Shown here piece by piece: positions 37,251 through 47,954 of a DNA stretch of 64,000 bases; the first letter of the stretch is position 1; each line of letters begins with the position of its first letter. The DNA comes from an uncultured bacterium. Lineage in GTDB: Bacteria > Babelota > Babeliae > Babelales > Babelaceae. The translations under genes were made by a program, and so were the position numbers. The notes below the pieces were generated by a model. That model had not been told where the DNA came from and made no database searches. It saw only the letters and a list, made by a program, of their open reading frames with translations. The stretch spans positions 8,022-72,021 of the forward strand of contig CAWKFG010000002.1 in NCBI GenBank assembly GCA_963848965.1. Reading direction: 5' to 3'.

Positions 37251-38156
37251 ATGAATACTATTGCCCTTTCGCGAAAGCTTCTTATTGGCATTGCTCTTAA
37301 TAGCGGCTTTACTCTTTTTGAGTTTTTAATGGGCTATTTCTCTGGGAGCCTTTCCTTAATTTCTGACGCTTCTCATAATCTTGCAGATGTTCTTAGTCTT
37401 TGTATAACACTGTTTGCTTACAAAGTTGCCCAAAGAAAACCATCTGCATATAAAACATATGGCTATGGAAAAATAACTATTTTTAGTGCATTGCTCAATG
37501 GCCTCATACTTATAGTCCTTGCAGGCTCCTTGTTTTATGAAGCATATGAACGATTTTGGCAGCCCCATACAATTGAAGGGAATCTTGTTGTGGTAGTAGG
37601 GTTGTTAGGTATCCTCGTAAATGGGAGTATCGCACTCTTATTTCTCAATGAACGCCATGATCTTGCAATTCAGAGTGCATTTCTTAATATGCTGTTTGAT
37701 ACTCTCGCTTCTGCAGGAGCAGTATGTGCTGGACTTATTATTGCACTCACAGGATATATGGCTATTGATACTCTTATGAGCGGCCTCATTGGTACATTAC
37801 TTATCATAAGCAGTTACGGGCTTCTTAAAGAGGCATTTCATCTGCTTCTGGGAGGAACACCACGTCATATTAATACTCAAAAGATAACGTCTTTGATAAA
37901 AGAAACAACAGCAGTTGTTGCTGTCAATGATCTGCATATATGGGCACTTTCTTCAGAATATACTGCTTTAAGCTGCTCTCTTACACTTGAATGCCACAAC
38001 CTTTTTACGTGTGCTCAAATAATTAAAGAGCTTAAAGCAAAAATTGGAGAACAACACAATATTCATCATATAACAATTGAGGTACAACCTGCTACATTAC
38101 TGGTCTTGAATAAGGAGCTCAACTGCTGCTTGATTAATGAGGTCAAAAAGATTTGA
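37251..38156 (+). CDS. Cation diffusion facilitator (CzcD/ZitB-like)
   Basis: SDASHNLAD, TYGY, DLHIWALS, HITIEV. Confidence 0.9.
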   Translation: MNTIALSRKLLIGIALNSGFTLFEFLMGYFSGSLSLISDASHNLADVLSLCITLFAYKVAQRKPSAYKTYGYGKITIFSALLNGLILIVLAGSLFYEAYERFWQPHTIEGNLVVVVGLLGILVNGSIALLFLNERHDLAIQSAFLNMLFDTLASAGAVCAGLIIALTGYMAIDTLMSGLIGTLLIISSYGLLKEAFHLLLGGTPRHINTQKITSLIKETTAVVAVNDLHIWALSSEYTALSCSLTLECHNLFTCAQIIKELKAKIGEQHNIHHITIEVQPATLLVLNKELNCCLINEVKKI

Positions 38157-38954
38157 TGCTGGCATCAACATTCCTGGTGACGCCATTACACAAGGAGCTT
38201 CAAGTGCGTCTTCTTGATCATAAAGTGCTCCTAGAGCAGCCAAAGATCTTTCAAGAGAGCTTCTTAAACTTTGAGCCAGTTGTTGGTAGGCAGGATTACT
38301 TTTAAATGCCTTTATTTGATTGCGCAACTGCACCATTTTTGGATGTGTTTGAAGTATGGATCGTATTTTAATACTCAGTGCATTAATTTGCTGTGTATAG
38401 TTCCGTAATCGCTGAGCTATTTGAGCATTTATTTTTTGTAACTCTTGCTGCAATGGAGCAAGATTTGTAGCTGATAATGTTTTAATTTGCTCTTCAAGAG
38501 ACTCGGCCTGCTGACCTTGCTCATACGTCAAAACAGGTGTTTCATAGATAATACTCACTGTTTTTTGTAATTGCTGAATTTTCTGAAATTCCGGAGTTTT
38601 TTGATAGTCTGCAATCTGCTTATTAACCTCATCTGCACGTGTACCTAATTGTTGAATAATTGGATCAGAGTCCATAAGAGTACATTCTTGGTCAATGATT
38701 GAAGATAATTGGTTAAAAAGAGGAGCAATTCCCAACTCGCCGCTTAAAATACTAAACTGCAACTTAATATTTTTTAAAGCATGCAAAAACTCAGATCCTC
38801 CTTCAACAGCAAGAATAGCATTACCCAACTTCTTTTTTTCTTGTTTAATTTGTACATCAAGAGCCTGTAGCTGAGCTTCTTGAGTCTGCTGTGCATACAC
38901 AAAACTACCTAAGAATACGATAATTATTAGAGATTTTTTCATTATTTTACCCAT
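38097..38954 (-). CDS. Secreted Gln-rich coiled-coil hypothetical protein
   Basis: Signal peptide ending VYA-Q; helical composition. Confidence 0.6.
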   Translation of the reverse strand: MGKIMKKSLIIIVFLGSFVYAQQTQEAQLQALDVQIKQEKKKLGNAILAVEGGSEFLHALKNIKLQFSILSGELGIAPLFNQLSSIIDQECTLMDSDPIIQQLGTRADEVNKQIADYQKTPEFQKIQQLQKTVSIIYETPVLTYEQGQQAESLEEQIKTLSATNLAPLQQELQKINAQIAQRLRNYTQQINALSIKIRSILQTHPKMVQLRNQIKAFKSNPAYQQLAQSLRSSLERSLAALGALYDQEDALEAPCVMASPGMLMPASNLFDLINQAAVELLIQDQ

Positions 38955-39090
38955 ACTTTTTATTTAATAATATAAAATATAATTATAGATAAAAGAAAGA
39001 TTTTTAATGAGATTTACACATACAGAAAAGATTTCAAGATTTGGATTTATTTTACAAAAGTATCTTTGTATTCTTTTGAACTATGCCCCA

Positions 39091-39543
39091 CTAAAACTTT
39101 CCACGAAGTTCTCTGCGAGTTTCTCGTGCAATATCCCGTTCTCTAAGCTCTTCCTTCTTTGCATGAGCTTTTTTATGTTTGCATAATCCAAGCTCTACTT
39201 TAACTTTTCCTTTATCATTAAAATACAGCTTTAAAGGAACAAGTGTCACTCCTTTACGAGAGATATCTCCTACAATTCTCGTAAGCTCTCGTCGATGCAC
39301 TAAGAGTTTGCGAGTACGACGAGCTAGTTCTTCACTCTTAGAATAGGCATGAGAGTACGGTGGAATATAACAGTTAATGAGATTAAGCTCATTCTGATGA
39401 ATAGTAGCAAATGAACCAGGAAGTGAAACCTGGTTTGCTCGTAAAGACTTTACTTCATCGCCAGTAAGTACAATACCAGTTTCAATGCGGTCTAAAATTT
39501 CATAATCATGAAAAGCTTTTTTATTTTGAGCAATAATTTTCAT
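39091..39543 (-). CDS. smpB: SsrA-binding protein
   Basis: NKKAFHDYEI, GIVLTGDEVKSLR, RKLLVH, TLVPLKLY. Confidence 0.96.
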   Translation of the reverse strand: MKIIAQNKKAFHDYEILDRIETGIVLTGDEVKSLRANQVSLPGSFATIHQNELNLINCYIPPYSHAYSKSEELARRTRKLLVHRRELTRIVGDISRKGVTLVPLKLYFNDKGKVKVELGLCKHKKAHAKKEELRERDIARETRRELRGKF

Positions 39544-39752
39544 ACAACCTTTAAACAAAAAACTCTGAGCACTTTCTAAAAGCAGTAGCTAGATTATAAC
39601 AAAACAATATTACAGATAAAAGCCGTTTTTTTATTAGTATAACAGAGATTCAGTAGGAAATAAACTAACGCCCATTTCTATTTATTGACAAATAAGAACT
39701 TATTAATATATAATTTGTATAAAAACAAGTTTATTTTAAAATGAGAAACGTT

Positions 39753-40415
39753 ATGAATAAGAGATACATTCTTGCTGTTCTTATGACAGCTTCATCACTT
39801 AAAGCAATGGAACGGGAAGAGGGGCTACCTTATCTTCAAGTACTATCAAAACTCAAAACAGATCAACCATCCTATCTTGGCCGTGTACCTAAAGAGCTCC
39901 ATGAAGAGCTTTTAAATTTTACGATTCCTCATCTTGTCGAACAATATGCAAAAAGCTATTCAAATCTTTATGACGTTTACGATCAATGGTCTATAATACC
40001 TGCCATACTAAATAAAGTAAAAACAGATCTAAAAAAAGAAGGTCATACAGAAGAGATTATGAAAGATCCTGCATTTATTCCTGTTCTTATTGGAAGTATA
40101 GCACGCTCTTTATATCGTGCTCCTTTCCAAGTCGCTGTAGCACTAGAAGATGAAGCTGCTCAAAAGTGGCTTAAAAATGCCCTTGCAAATCCGCAAATAA
40201 AACGACAAGCTATTGATTTGTTCTTTCAAATCGTAGCAAATCAAGATATGGATATAAAGCAAAGAGCAAACATAATAACTAAGCTCCTTAATGCAGGCAT
40301 TGATGTCAATACTAAAAGCAAGCAGGGTAATACACCGTATACAGTAGCATTAACAAAGCAAGATGCAGCTATGACACGCTTTTTAAAATCAAAAGGCGGT
40401 AAATTGCAAGATTAA
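39753..40415 (+). CDS. Secreted ankyrin protein with F-box-like motif
   Basis: Signal peptide then AME; YLGRVPKELHEELLNF; AGIDVNTKSKQGNTP. Confidence 0.75.
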   Translation: MNKRYILAVLMTASSLKAMEREEGLPYLQVLSKLKTDQPSYLGRVPKELHEELLNFTIPHLVEQYAKSYSNLYDVYDQWSIIPAILNKVKTDLKKEGHTEEIMKDPAFIPVLIGSIARSLYRAPFQVAVALEDEAAQKWLKNALANPQIKRQAIDLFFQIVANQDMDIKQRANIITKLLNAGIDVNTKSKQGNTPYTVALTKQDAAMTRFLKSKGGKLQD

Positions 40416-40927
40416 TGCTTGTCCTTTGATTCAGCCTTTCTTTTATTCAGCTCAGCAATAAGCCGTGTGAATATCCGTTTCATTATCGGGTATAATGCTG
40501 CACTTATAAGAAATGCTAAAAGAAGTCCGCCAAGCAATAAGCACCAAAAGCAAAATTCGCCCCCTCCTAAATACTTTTTCATATCTACATAGCGCGAAAG
40601 AAATGCATTAAATTTCTCGATCCATGAAGGATTGTACGGCGCTAAATTCATCCCTAATAACTTATGAAAAAAGAAGACACCAAATGCATAATCTATTGCA
40701 TATAAAGGGACCATAGTTAGCGGATTATTAATAATATAGACAGTAGTAAACGTAACTGCAGAGTTACAGCGCAACAGCCAGCTCAAAATAAAAATTAACG
40801 GTGTTTGCAAAGGAATCGTAGGTGACCATGCAATAAAGTTACCAAGGCAAAACGAAAGCGCAAGCTTATGAGGTGACCGTTCAGCAAGTACTAATTTGTC
40901 TAATACCCTTTTTATATATGCTTTCAT
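40412..40927 (-). CDS. DUF2062-family membrane protein
   Basis: SPHKLALSFCLG.FIA..P, INNPLT..PLY. Confidence 0.8.
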   Translation of the reverse strand: MKAYIKRVLDKLVLAERSPHKLALSFCLGNFIAWSPTIPLQTPLIFILSWLLRCNSAVTFTTVYIINNPLTMVPLYAIDYAFGVFFFHKLLGMNLAPYNPSWIEKFNAFLSRYVDMKKYLGGGEFCFWCLLLGGLLLAFLISAALYPIMKRIFTRLIAELNKRKAESKDKH

Positions 40928-41024
40928 AAAACCACCTTTTGAAAAATATCTTTTTTTACAGTACTCTAAGAGTGTAGTATAGGCAGATTTCAGTTCCTCT
41001 TTAAAGGATTTATTAGGAGATACA

Positions 41025-41765
41025 ATGAAACAGTTTACGCTTTTACCTTATACTATAGCGATAGTAGGGCTTTTTTCAACACCTTATCTAGGAGCTACTC
41101 TTTCAAATACTCCTACCTTTGATTTTGGTATCTTTGAAGCAAAATCTGAATCACAAGAACCTGAAAAAAAACAGGAATATAGTTCCTATATTTTAAGAGT
41201 ACAGTTTCCTGTAAGCTTAAAGAAAACCCCTCCGGTCTGTGCTTATTATAAAGGCTATAATTTAGAATTTAATACAGACTTTTGCATTATCCAAGAGACT
41301 CGTTCATGTGACAGATTCACTATTGCTATTACCGAACAGGTACATCGTGAATTTGATAGCACACAAGTACAGTATCTCGAACGCTTACGGAACAAAAAAT
41401 GCCGTCTTTTTTATCTGACACGAAGCTCTGATCAAACAGCACCATGGACTATAGAGGAAGAAGAAGAAAAAAATATTCCTCTTAAACTTCCACGTAATGC
41501 TGTTGTCCTCTTTTTAGATCCTTCCCATGTTGAGGGTCTCCAGTGCGACAAAGAAAACTTTAAAGCTACTGGCATCATTACCGATCCTGTTGTATCGTTG
41601 CCCTATGTTACCATTAAAGCTTCAATATCTGCTCAAGAACTTGAAAAAACATCAGTAAGTACCTTACTTGCTTCTTTAGATTCACGCGGAATTCATCCCC
41701 ATGTTCCTAAAGAGGTAAAAATTGACAGTACTGCTATCGTTTCTATGCGGACTTTTGTGCGATAA
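41025..41765 (+). CDS. Secreted hypothetical protein
   Basis: AGGAG RBS, signal peptide. Confidence 0.65.
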   Translation: MKQFTLLPYTIAIVGLFSTPYLGATLSNTPTFDFGIFEAKSESQEPEKKQEYSSYILRVQFPVSLKKTPPVCAYYKGYNLEFNTDFCIIQETRSCDRFTIAITEQVHREFDSTQVQYLERLRNKKCRLFYLTRSSDQTAPWTIEEEEEKNIPLKLPRNAVVLFLDPSHVEGLQCDKENFKATGIITDPVVSLPYVTIKASISAQELEKTSVSTLLASLDSRGIHPHVPKEVKIDSTAIVSMRTFVR

Positions 41766-41771
41766 CTACGT

Positions 41772-42791
41772 ATGCAGATAACCGTTTTAGCAATAGAAAC
41801 TTCATGTGATGAAACAGCAGCTTCTGTCTACCAAACAGAAAAAGGAGTCCTTTCTAATGTGCTATTCTCTCAAATTGAGCTACACAAAAAGTATGGCGGG
41901 GTTGTCCCTGAAATTGCTTCTCGATCACATTTAGAAAAGATAGCACCCATTGTACAAAAAGCACTTAAAGATGCTCAGCTCTCTTTAGATTCTATTGATG
42001 TTATAGGAATAACTTATACTCCTGGACTTCCTGGTTCACTCCTTGTAGGACTCAGCTTTGCAAAAACAATAGCCTGGGCTGCTCACAAAAAGCTTATAGG
42101 GGTTAATCATCTAGAAGGTCATGCATTTTCTGCCTCTATTGAGCATACAATACCATTTCCCTATCTTTGTTTAACCGCATCAGGAGGCCATACTGCACTG
42201 TATCTTATTGAAAACTTTGGTATCTACACTCTTCTCGGTCAGACGATGGATGATGCTGCTGGAGAAGCCTTTGATAAAGTATCTAAGCTTATTGGTCTTG
42301 GGTACCCTGGTGGCCCCATTATTGAAAAGCTTGCAGAAAAAGTTTATTTTAAAGACTTTTTCCACTATCCTCGTGCAACTCCCTCTTCTCTTGACTTTAG
42401 TTTTTCGGGAGTAAAGACAGCAGTACTCTATGACCTAGTAAAACGAGGAGCCTATGACTTACAAACAAAACAGTTTTTAAGACCGGATGACCAACGTTTA
42501 CAAGAGGAGGTTGCAAGCTCGTTACTCGTCTGTATAACTGATATTTTCAAGCAAAAGATCGCTCTTGCACTTAAAAAACATCCAGAAGTTCAAGCAGTTG
42601 CCTTTGTAGGAGGCGTAGCATGCAACAAATATATGCGTCATCAATTAACACAGTTTTGCTTAGAACATGGCAAACAGCTGTATTACCCTTCACCGCAGTA
42701 CTGTACCGATAATGCAGCAATGATTGCTTTTGTTGCTCACTATAAAGCACAAAAGCAGGAATGGTCAGACTTTACGCTTGATATTCGCTAA
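41772..42791 (+). CDS. tsaD: tRNA threonylcarbamoyltransferase TsaD
   Basis: [47 protein letters not shown]. Confidence 0.97.
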   Translation: MQITVLAIETSCDETAASVYQTEKGVLSNVLFSQIELHKKYGGVVPEIASRSHLEKIAPIVQKALKDAQLSLDSIDVIGITYTPGLPGSLLVGLSFAKTIAWAAHKKLIGVNHLEGHAFSASIEHTIPFPYLCLTASGGHTALYLIENFGIYTLLGQTMDDAAGEAFDKVSKLIGLGYPGGPIIEKLAEKVYFKDFFHYPRATPSSLDFSFSGVKTAVLYDLVKRGAYDLQTKQFLRPDDQRLQEEVASSLLVCITDIFKQKIALALKKHPEVQAVAFVGGVACNKYMRHQLTQFCLEHGKQLYYPSPQYCTDNAAMIAFVAHYKAQKQEWSDFTLDIR

Positions 42792-44071
42792 ACAGCAGGA
42801 CCAGAACTACCATTCTTTTTATTCATAGCTTCGATAAATTCTTCGTTGGTCTTAAATTTCCTAATTTTATCAATAAGAAACTCCATACCCTCTATCGTAT
42901 TCATAGTTGCTAAGAATTTGCGCAGTACCCATACTTTATTGAGCTCTGCTTCACTTAAAAGAAGCTCTTCACGACGAGTACCTGAAACAAGTAAATCAAA
43001 TGCAGGGAACGTACGACGATTTGCAAGCTTACGGCTCATATGCATTTCCATGTTACCAGTACCCTTAAACTCTTCGTATATTACTTCGTCCATACGAGAG
43101 CCTGTTTCAATAAGAGCAGTTCCTATAATAGTAAGAGAACCAGCTTCTTCGGTATTACGTGCTGCACCAAAAAATCTCTTTGGGCGCTGTAATGCATTAG
43201 CATCAATACCACCGGTTAATATCTTACCAGAAGAAGGAGCAGTTGTGTTGTAAGCACGTGCAAGACGAGTAATAGCATCTAAAAGAATAACAACGTCATG
43301 ACCTACTTCTACTAATCGTTTCGCTTTTTCAAGTACAATCTCTGCAACTTGAACATGTCGGTCTGCAGATTCATCAAATGTAGAGCTAATAACTTCAGCA
43401 TTCTTGCTTCGTACTGTACGTCTCATATCAGTTACTTCTTCTGGACGTTCGTCGATAAGAAGAATGATAAGAAATACTTCAGGATGGTTGTGTACTATAG
43501 TTTGAGCAATTTCCTTTAGAAGAATCGTTTTTCCTACTTTTGGAGGAGCAACGATAAGACCTCTCTGCCCTTTTCCTATAGGAGTAAACAGATCCATAAT
43601 ACGAGTAGATATGAATGATGGATCATACTCTAAGTTAAACTTCTTATCTGGATGCAATGCTGACAGACGATCAAAATGAGTACGGTCTGCAAGTGTTGCT
43701 GGATCTTGAAAGTTAACTTTATTGATCTTTAAAAGAGCAAAATATTTCTCTCCATCTTTTGGTTTGCGAATAACACCTGAAACAGTATCTCCTGTACGCA
43801 AATTAAAGCGCCTTATTTGAGAGGGAGATACGTAAATATCGTCAGGTCCAGAAACATAATCAAATTTTGGAGATCGCAAAAATCCAAAACCATCAGGAAG
43901 CTTTTCAAGTACCCCTTCAACTTCTAATTCACGCTCTGGATGTTGTTCTACATCAACAATGCTTTTAATAAGTTGATCTTTTGTCATTAATGTAGAACCT
44001 ACAATGCCTAACCGACGAGCATGCATCTGAAGGTCAGTTAAACCTAGTTCCTGTAATTCTTGCTCTCTCAT
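42788..44071 (-). CDS. rho: Transcription termination factor Rho
   Basis: [39 protein letters not shown]. Confidence 0.98.
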   Translation of the reverse strand: MREQELQELGLTDLQMHARRLGIVGSTLMTKDQLIKSIVDVEQHPERELEVEGVLEKLPDGFGFLRSPKFDYVSGPDDIYVSPSQIRRFNLRTGDTVSGVIRKPKDGEKYFALLKINKVNFQDPATLADRTHFDRLSALHPDKKFNLEYDPSFISTRIMDLFTPIGKGQRGLIVAPPKVGKTILLKEIAQTIVHNHPEVFLIILLIDERPEEVTDMRRTVRSKNAEVISSTFDESADRHVQVAEIVLEKAKRLVEVGHDVVILLDAITRLARAYNTTAPSSGKILTGGIDANALQRPKRFFGAARNTEEAGSLTIIGTALIETGSRMDEVIYEEFKGTGNMEMHMSRKLANRRTFPAFDLLVSGTRREELLLSEAELNKVWVLRKFLATMNTIEGMEFLIDKIRKFKTNEEFIEAMNKKNGSSGPAV

Positions 44072-44180
44072 GCATACATCTCCTTAAAAATAATATATAA
44101 AATTGGCATAAAACACCCCATTATGGTGCTTTTACTATAAAAGCAAAGAAAAAATGTGTAAAAATTTTTAAACGGTTAAT

Positions 44181-45140
44181 TTACTTATGAGCTACTCGTG
44201 TTCTGTTATCCTTATATAACATGTATAATACTGGAGTTGCAATAAAAATAGTTGAATAGATACCAAAAACAATACCAACTAAAAGAGCCAGCGATAAATC
44301 ACGAAGAGTCTCTCCACCAAAAATAAGCAATGCTACCACAACGAGCGTTGTCGCAAATGTTGTTAAAATAGTACGGCTCAGCGTTTCAGTGATACTGATG
44401 TTGATAATATCATAAAATGACGTAGTTGGCATCTGCTTTACATTTTCACGAATACGAGAAAAAATCACCATAGTATCGTTGATAGAATACCCTAGTACTG
44501 CTAATATTGCTCCAATAACGTTAATAGAAACTTCTTTATCAAACAAAAGAAAGGCAAGAAGAACAATAAGAGCATCGTGAAATAAGGAGATAACTGCTCC
44601 CATAGCATATGAATACGACCAAAACCTAAATGCGATATAAGCAAGCATTAAAAGAAGACTCACTATCACTGCATATAAAGAATTTGTTCGTAGTGTTGAT
44701 CCACTTGCTACACCTACACTATCAGTTTGTTTAATAGTAACAGTATACTCTTCATCAAGTCCCTTTTGCAAAGCAGCTCGAATACTCTCAGCTTCTTGGG
44801 AAACATCTTTTGCCTCTTTTTTTACACGAACTAAATGTTCTTGTGGTGAAAACTCTCTGGTTACTGATCCTGGCCACCCTGCATTATCAAGAATGTGCAC
44901 AAGCTTTTCACCACCGACTGGCTTATTAAATTGCATAAGTGTTTGGATACCACCAGTAAAATCCACACTATAGTTAAACGTATGACCATCGTGCGTTGTA
45001 TACCGTTTATAAAAGTATCCTCCTATAAAAGAGGCAATTAAAACAAGTGACAATGCTGCTGATACATAACGGTATTTTAAAAAATCTATTGCATGCGTTC
45101 TAGCATATCCATGCTGACGAACTCTGAGCAAGCTGATCAT
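44181..45140 (-). CDS. secF: Protein translocase subunit SecF
   Basis: VDFTGG, FHD, GYSINDT.VIF.RIRE, TLSRTILT. Confidence 0.94.
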   Translation of the reverse strand: MISLLRVRQHGYARTHAIDFLKYRYVSAALSLVLIASFIGGYFYKRYTTHDGHTFNYSVDFTGGIQTLMQFNKPVGGEKLVHILDNAGWPGSVTREFSPQEHLVRVKKEAKDVSQEAESIRAALQKGLDEEYTVTIKQTDSVGVASGSTLRTNSLYAVIVSLLLMLAYIAFRFWSYSYAMGAVISLFHDALIVLLAFLLFDKEVSINVIGAILAVLGYSINDTMVIFSRIRENVKQMPTTSFYDIINISITETLSRTILTTFATTLVVVALLIFGGETLRDLSLALLVGIVFGIYSTIFIATPVLYMLYKDNRTRVAHK

Positions 45141-45239
45141 AATAATCTCTCTGCTTTATATATTAAAGGATAATGTAGGTAATGAATAAGAAGGGAAGAT
45201 AAGGAAAATAAGGAGCACTGTTTAGCACAGTGTTCCTTA

Positions 45240-45494
45240 TTACCGTGCAAGTATCGAAACGTACTTACGTCCTTTTGGGCCATAATGAAATTTGATAACA
45301 CCTGCAGTTACAGCAAAGATAGTATAATCTTTACCGCACTTTACTCCGTTACCAGGATGAATACGAGTACCACGCTGACGAACAATAATATCGCCTCCAT
45401 GTACTTGCTCTCCATCATATAATTTCACGCCCAGTCGCTTACTTCTACTATCGCGACCATTCGAGGTCGACCCACCCGATTTACTCGTTGCCAT
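45240..45494 (-). CDS. rpmA: 50S ribosomal protein L27
   Basis: [25 protein letters not shown]. Confidence 0.97.
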   Translation of the reverse strand: MATSKSGGSTSNGRDSRSKRLGVKLYDGEQVHGGDIIVRQRGTRIHPGNGVKCGKDYTIFAVTAGVIKFHYGPKGRKYVSILAR

Positions 45495-45537
45495 GTTTAT
45501 CCCCTGTCAATTAATAAAATGTGATCTAAATCAAGAA

Positions 45538-46335
45538 CTAGCCTTTATTATTAGTATGCCCTGAATTTTCATGAATGTCAAAAATTTCGTATTTCTTTTT
45601 CCAAGCTTCTAAAGAGACAGGAAAATGGGGCAAAGCAAGTTCTAGAAGCCCTTTAGCATATTGCCGGATCTCAAACTGGGCATTAGGATTAAGCCGAAGC
45701 TTTAAAAAATGCATAAGAGAATGCAAATTGCAAGTATAAATAAATTCAGAGTAGGTGCAGAGTGGTAATACTCCTCGAGCCTGTTCTCTACAGATACCTT
45801 TTTCTAAAAGCTTCTCATTTACTCTAAAAGCAGCCTCTATAGCCTCTTTATAAAGCTCTTCAAGCTCTTTATCCTTAAATGCTCCTTGAGAGCTCTGTTT
45901 ATTTTTAGCATCTGGGTTACGCCAATAGGCAGGAATATAGAATTCCATAGGAGCTTTAACGTACCGGTAGCTAATTTCGTTATACGAGCTCATACGGTGG
46001 CGCATCCATTGCCGAACAATGTAAATAGGTGCTTTTACACGAAAAGAAAGCTGATTATGTTCAAAAGGGCTTGTATGCTCATGCTCCATAAGATAGCCAA
46101 TAAGGTTCTTATCCCGTTCAGAAAGCTCCTTACTAAATTTGCCATAAGAGACACGAGCAGCATTTACGATATCAACATCTGAGCCAGAAACCCGTACAAG
46201 CTCCAATGAGCTTCGGCCATCACCTAAAGGATCAAGTTTTACTGAGACTGCAATTTCCTGATATTCAGGCTGCTTATTAAGCTCACTCTCCATAATTAAG
46301 GTAAAATTCGAAGTTTCTAACGTTTCTTGAGCCAT
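45538..46335 (-). CDS. thyX: FAD-dependent thymidylate synthase
   Basis: AARVSY, HTSPFEH, RQWMRHR..SYNEISYRY, AQFEIR. Confidence 0.96.
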   Translation of the reverse strand: MAQETLETSNFTLIMESELNKQPEYQEIAVSVKLDPLGDGRSSLELVRVSGSDVDIVNAARVSYGKFSKELSERDKNLIGYLMEHEHTSPFEHNQLSFRVKAPIYIVRQWMRHRMSSYNEISYRYVKAPMEFYIPAYWRNPDAKNKQSSQGAFKDKELEELYKEAIEAAFRVNEKLLEKGICREQARGVLPLCTYSEFIYTCNLHSLMHFLKLRLNPNAQFEIRQYAKGLLELALPHFPVSLEAWKKKYEIFDIHENSGHTNNKG

Positions 46336-46465
46336 AATGTCTCCTGCCTAAGATTGTGATAATTTTATGCCTTAGTGTACCCAAAAATTGAAAAAATCAA
46401 AACATTGTTTTTAGCCCAAAAACTGTTATTCTAATATCGTTTATACATACCTCTAGGAGAGCTTT

Positions 46466-47920
46466 ATGCACTACGTATTGCTGGTATTTACCCCTCTATT
46501 TTTGTTCACAATATATTCACAGCCTCTTCAAGCAAGAGCTAAACCTCCTAAAAAGCATGATCCTCTTCTTGCTATTGTACTTATGGCAAAAAATGAAGAA
46601 TCAGTTATGGTACGAACTTTAAAGCCTTTTGTAGAAGCGCAAAAAGTAAATCCTGATGGAACTGTAACAAAACTCATTGATTCGTATCTTATTCTTGATA
46701 CTCAATCTGGAGATAAAACAGCTCAAGTTACCAAAAATTACTTTAAAGAGCAGAAAGTCAAACGTGGCTATGTAGTCACGGAACCTTTTAAAGCAGTTTC
46801 AGATGCTCCTACCATTGACTATGCAGCAACACGTAACCGATCACTGGAGCTTGCAGAACAAAAGTTTCCTCATGCAGCTTTCTTCCTTATAGTCGATGCA
46901 GAATGGTATTTCCATGGAGTTGAAGAGCTCATTGCATTTTGCCAAAAGCATGCAAATCTCTCTCTTGATGATCCTGCATATGCATCTTCATATCTTATTA
47001 CTGTGCGTCATACCGGGGGTGGCCATTATTATCCATCTCCTCGACTTTTTAGAGCATCCTGCAAATTACGTTATAAAGATGATATTCACGAACAGCCAGT
47101 TGAGCCAACAAATAAAAAACTGCCAAAAACCATCTATTTTGAGCAAAGTCCTGAAAGGTATGGAGACAAGAAATCTCAAGAACGATGGGAACGTACAGAT
47201 AAAGAACGTTTACTCAAAAGGTATAAAGATAATCCACAAGATAAACGGTCACTCTTCCTTCTTGCTCGAACTCATTTTGGCCTAGCTTGCACTACGTATA
47301 AGCTTGAAGACTTAGAACTCGCTTATAAATACTATAAAGAGCGACTCAAGCTTGTTATAGAAGATATCTCTGAGCATGATAAAAAGCGCACTGAAGCTGA
47401 ACTGTTTGAGCTGTATGGCATTACGCAAAAAAAGACGTTTCCTAAGTATAAAAACTGTACTGAAGAAGATTTTATGGCTATGTACGAACTTGCACAAACA
47501 ACGGAACGACGAGCAAAACGTCAACGTTCATTTAGCTGGATTGAAGCACTAAGCTATTACTTGCAAGCATATGCTATGCGGCCTCACAGAATAGAGCCTC
47601 TTATACGTATTGCACAGTATTATCTTCAGGTAGGTATGAGCAACCAGGCTTTGCTCTGTGCCCGTAAAGCATTTGACGTACCCTTTCCAGACAATGAACT
47701 CCTATGGGTAGAAGAAGATATGTATACGTTCCATCGCTATGACATGTTAAGTCAATGTGCATGGTTTGAAAAAGACTATGAATTAGGAGAAAAAGCAGTA
47801 CTTAAAGCACTTGAGATTAATTCTGATAACAAACATTTTCAAAGCCATTTAGAATTATATAAAGAACGCAAAGCTGAACAAAAAGAGCAGTCTCAAAAGA
47901 AAGCAGCCATTACATCCTAA
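46466..47920 (+). CDS. Secreted GT-A (GT2-like) glycosyltransferase with TPR-like C-terminus
   Basis: Signal peptide; MAKNEE, ILDT.S.D.T, RNRSL, VDAEW, IHE. Confidence 0.78.
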   Translation: MHYVLLVFTPLFLFTIYSQPLQARAKPPKKHDPLLAIVLMAKNEESVMVRTLKPFVEAQKVNPDGTVTKLIDSYLILDTQSGDKTAQVTKNYFKEQKVKRGYVVTEPFKAVSDAPTIDYAATRNRSLELAEQKFPHAAFFLIVDAEWYFHGVEELIAFCQKHANLSLDDPAYASSYLITVRHTGGGHYYPSPRLFRASCKLRYKDDIHEQPVEPTNKKLPKTIYFEQSPERYGDKKSQERWERTDKERLLKRYKDNPQDKRSLFLLARTHFGLACTTYKLEDLELAYKYYKERLKLVIEDISEHDKKRTEAELFELYGITQKKTFPKYKNCTEEDFMAMYELAQTTERRAKRQRSFSWIEALSYYLQAYAMRPHRIEPLIRIAQYYLQVGMSNQALLCARKAFDVPFPDNELLWVEEDMYTFHRYDMLSQCAWFEKDYELGEKAVLKALEINSDNKHFQSHLELYKERKAEQKEQSQKKAAITS

Positions 47921-47954
47921 AAAGCCGAATTTCCGCGCTTACTTGAGGTAAACA

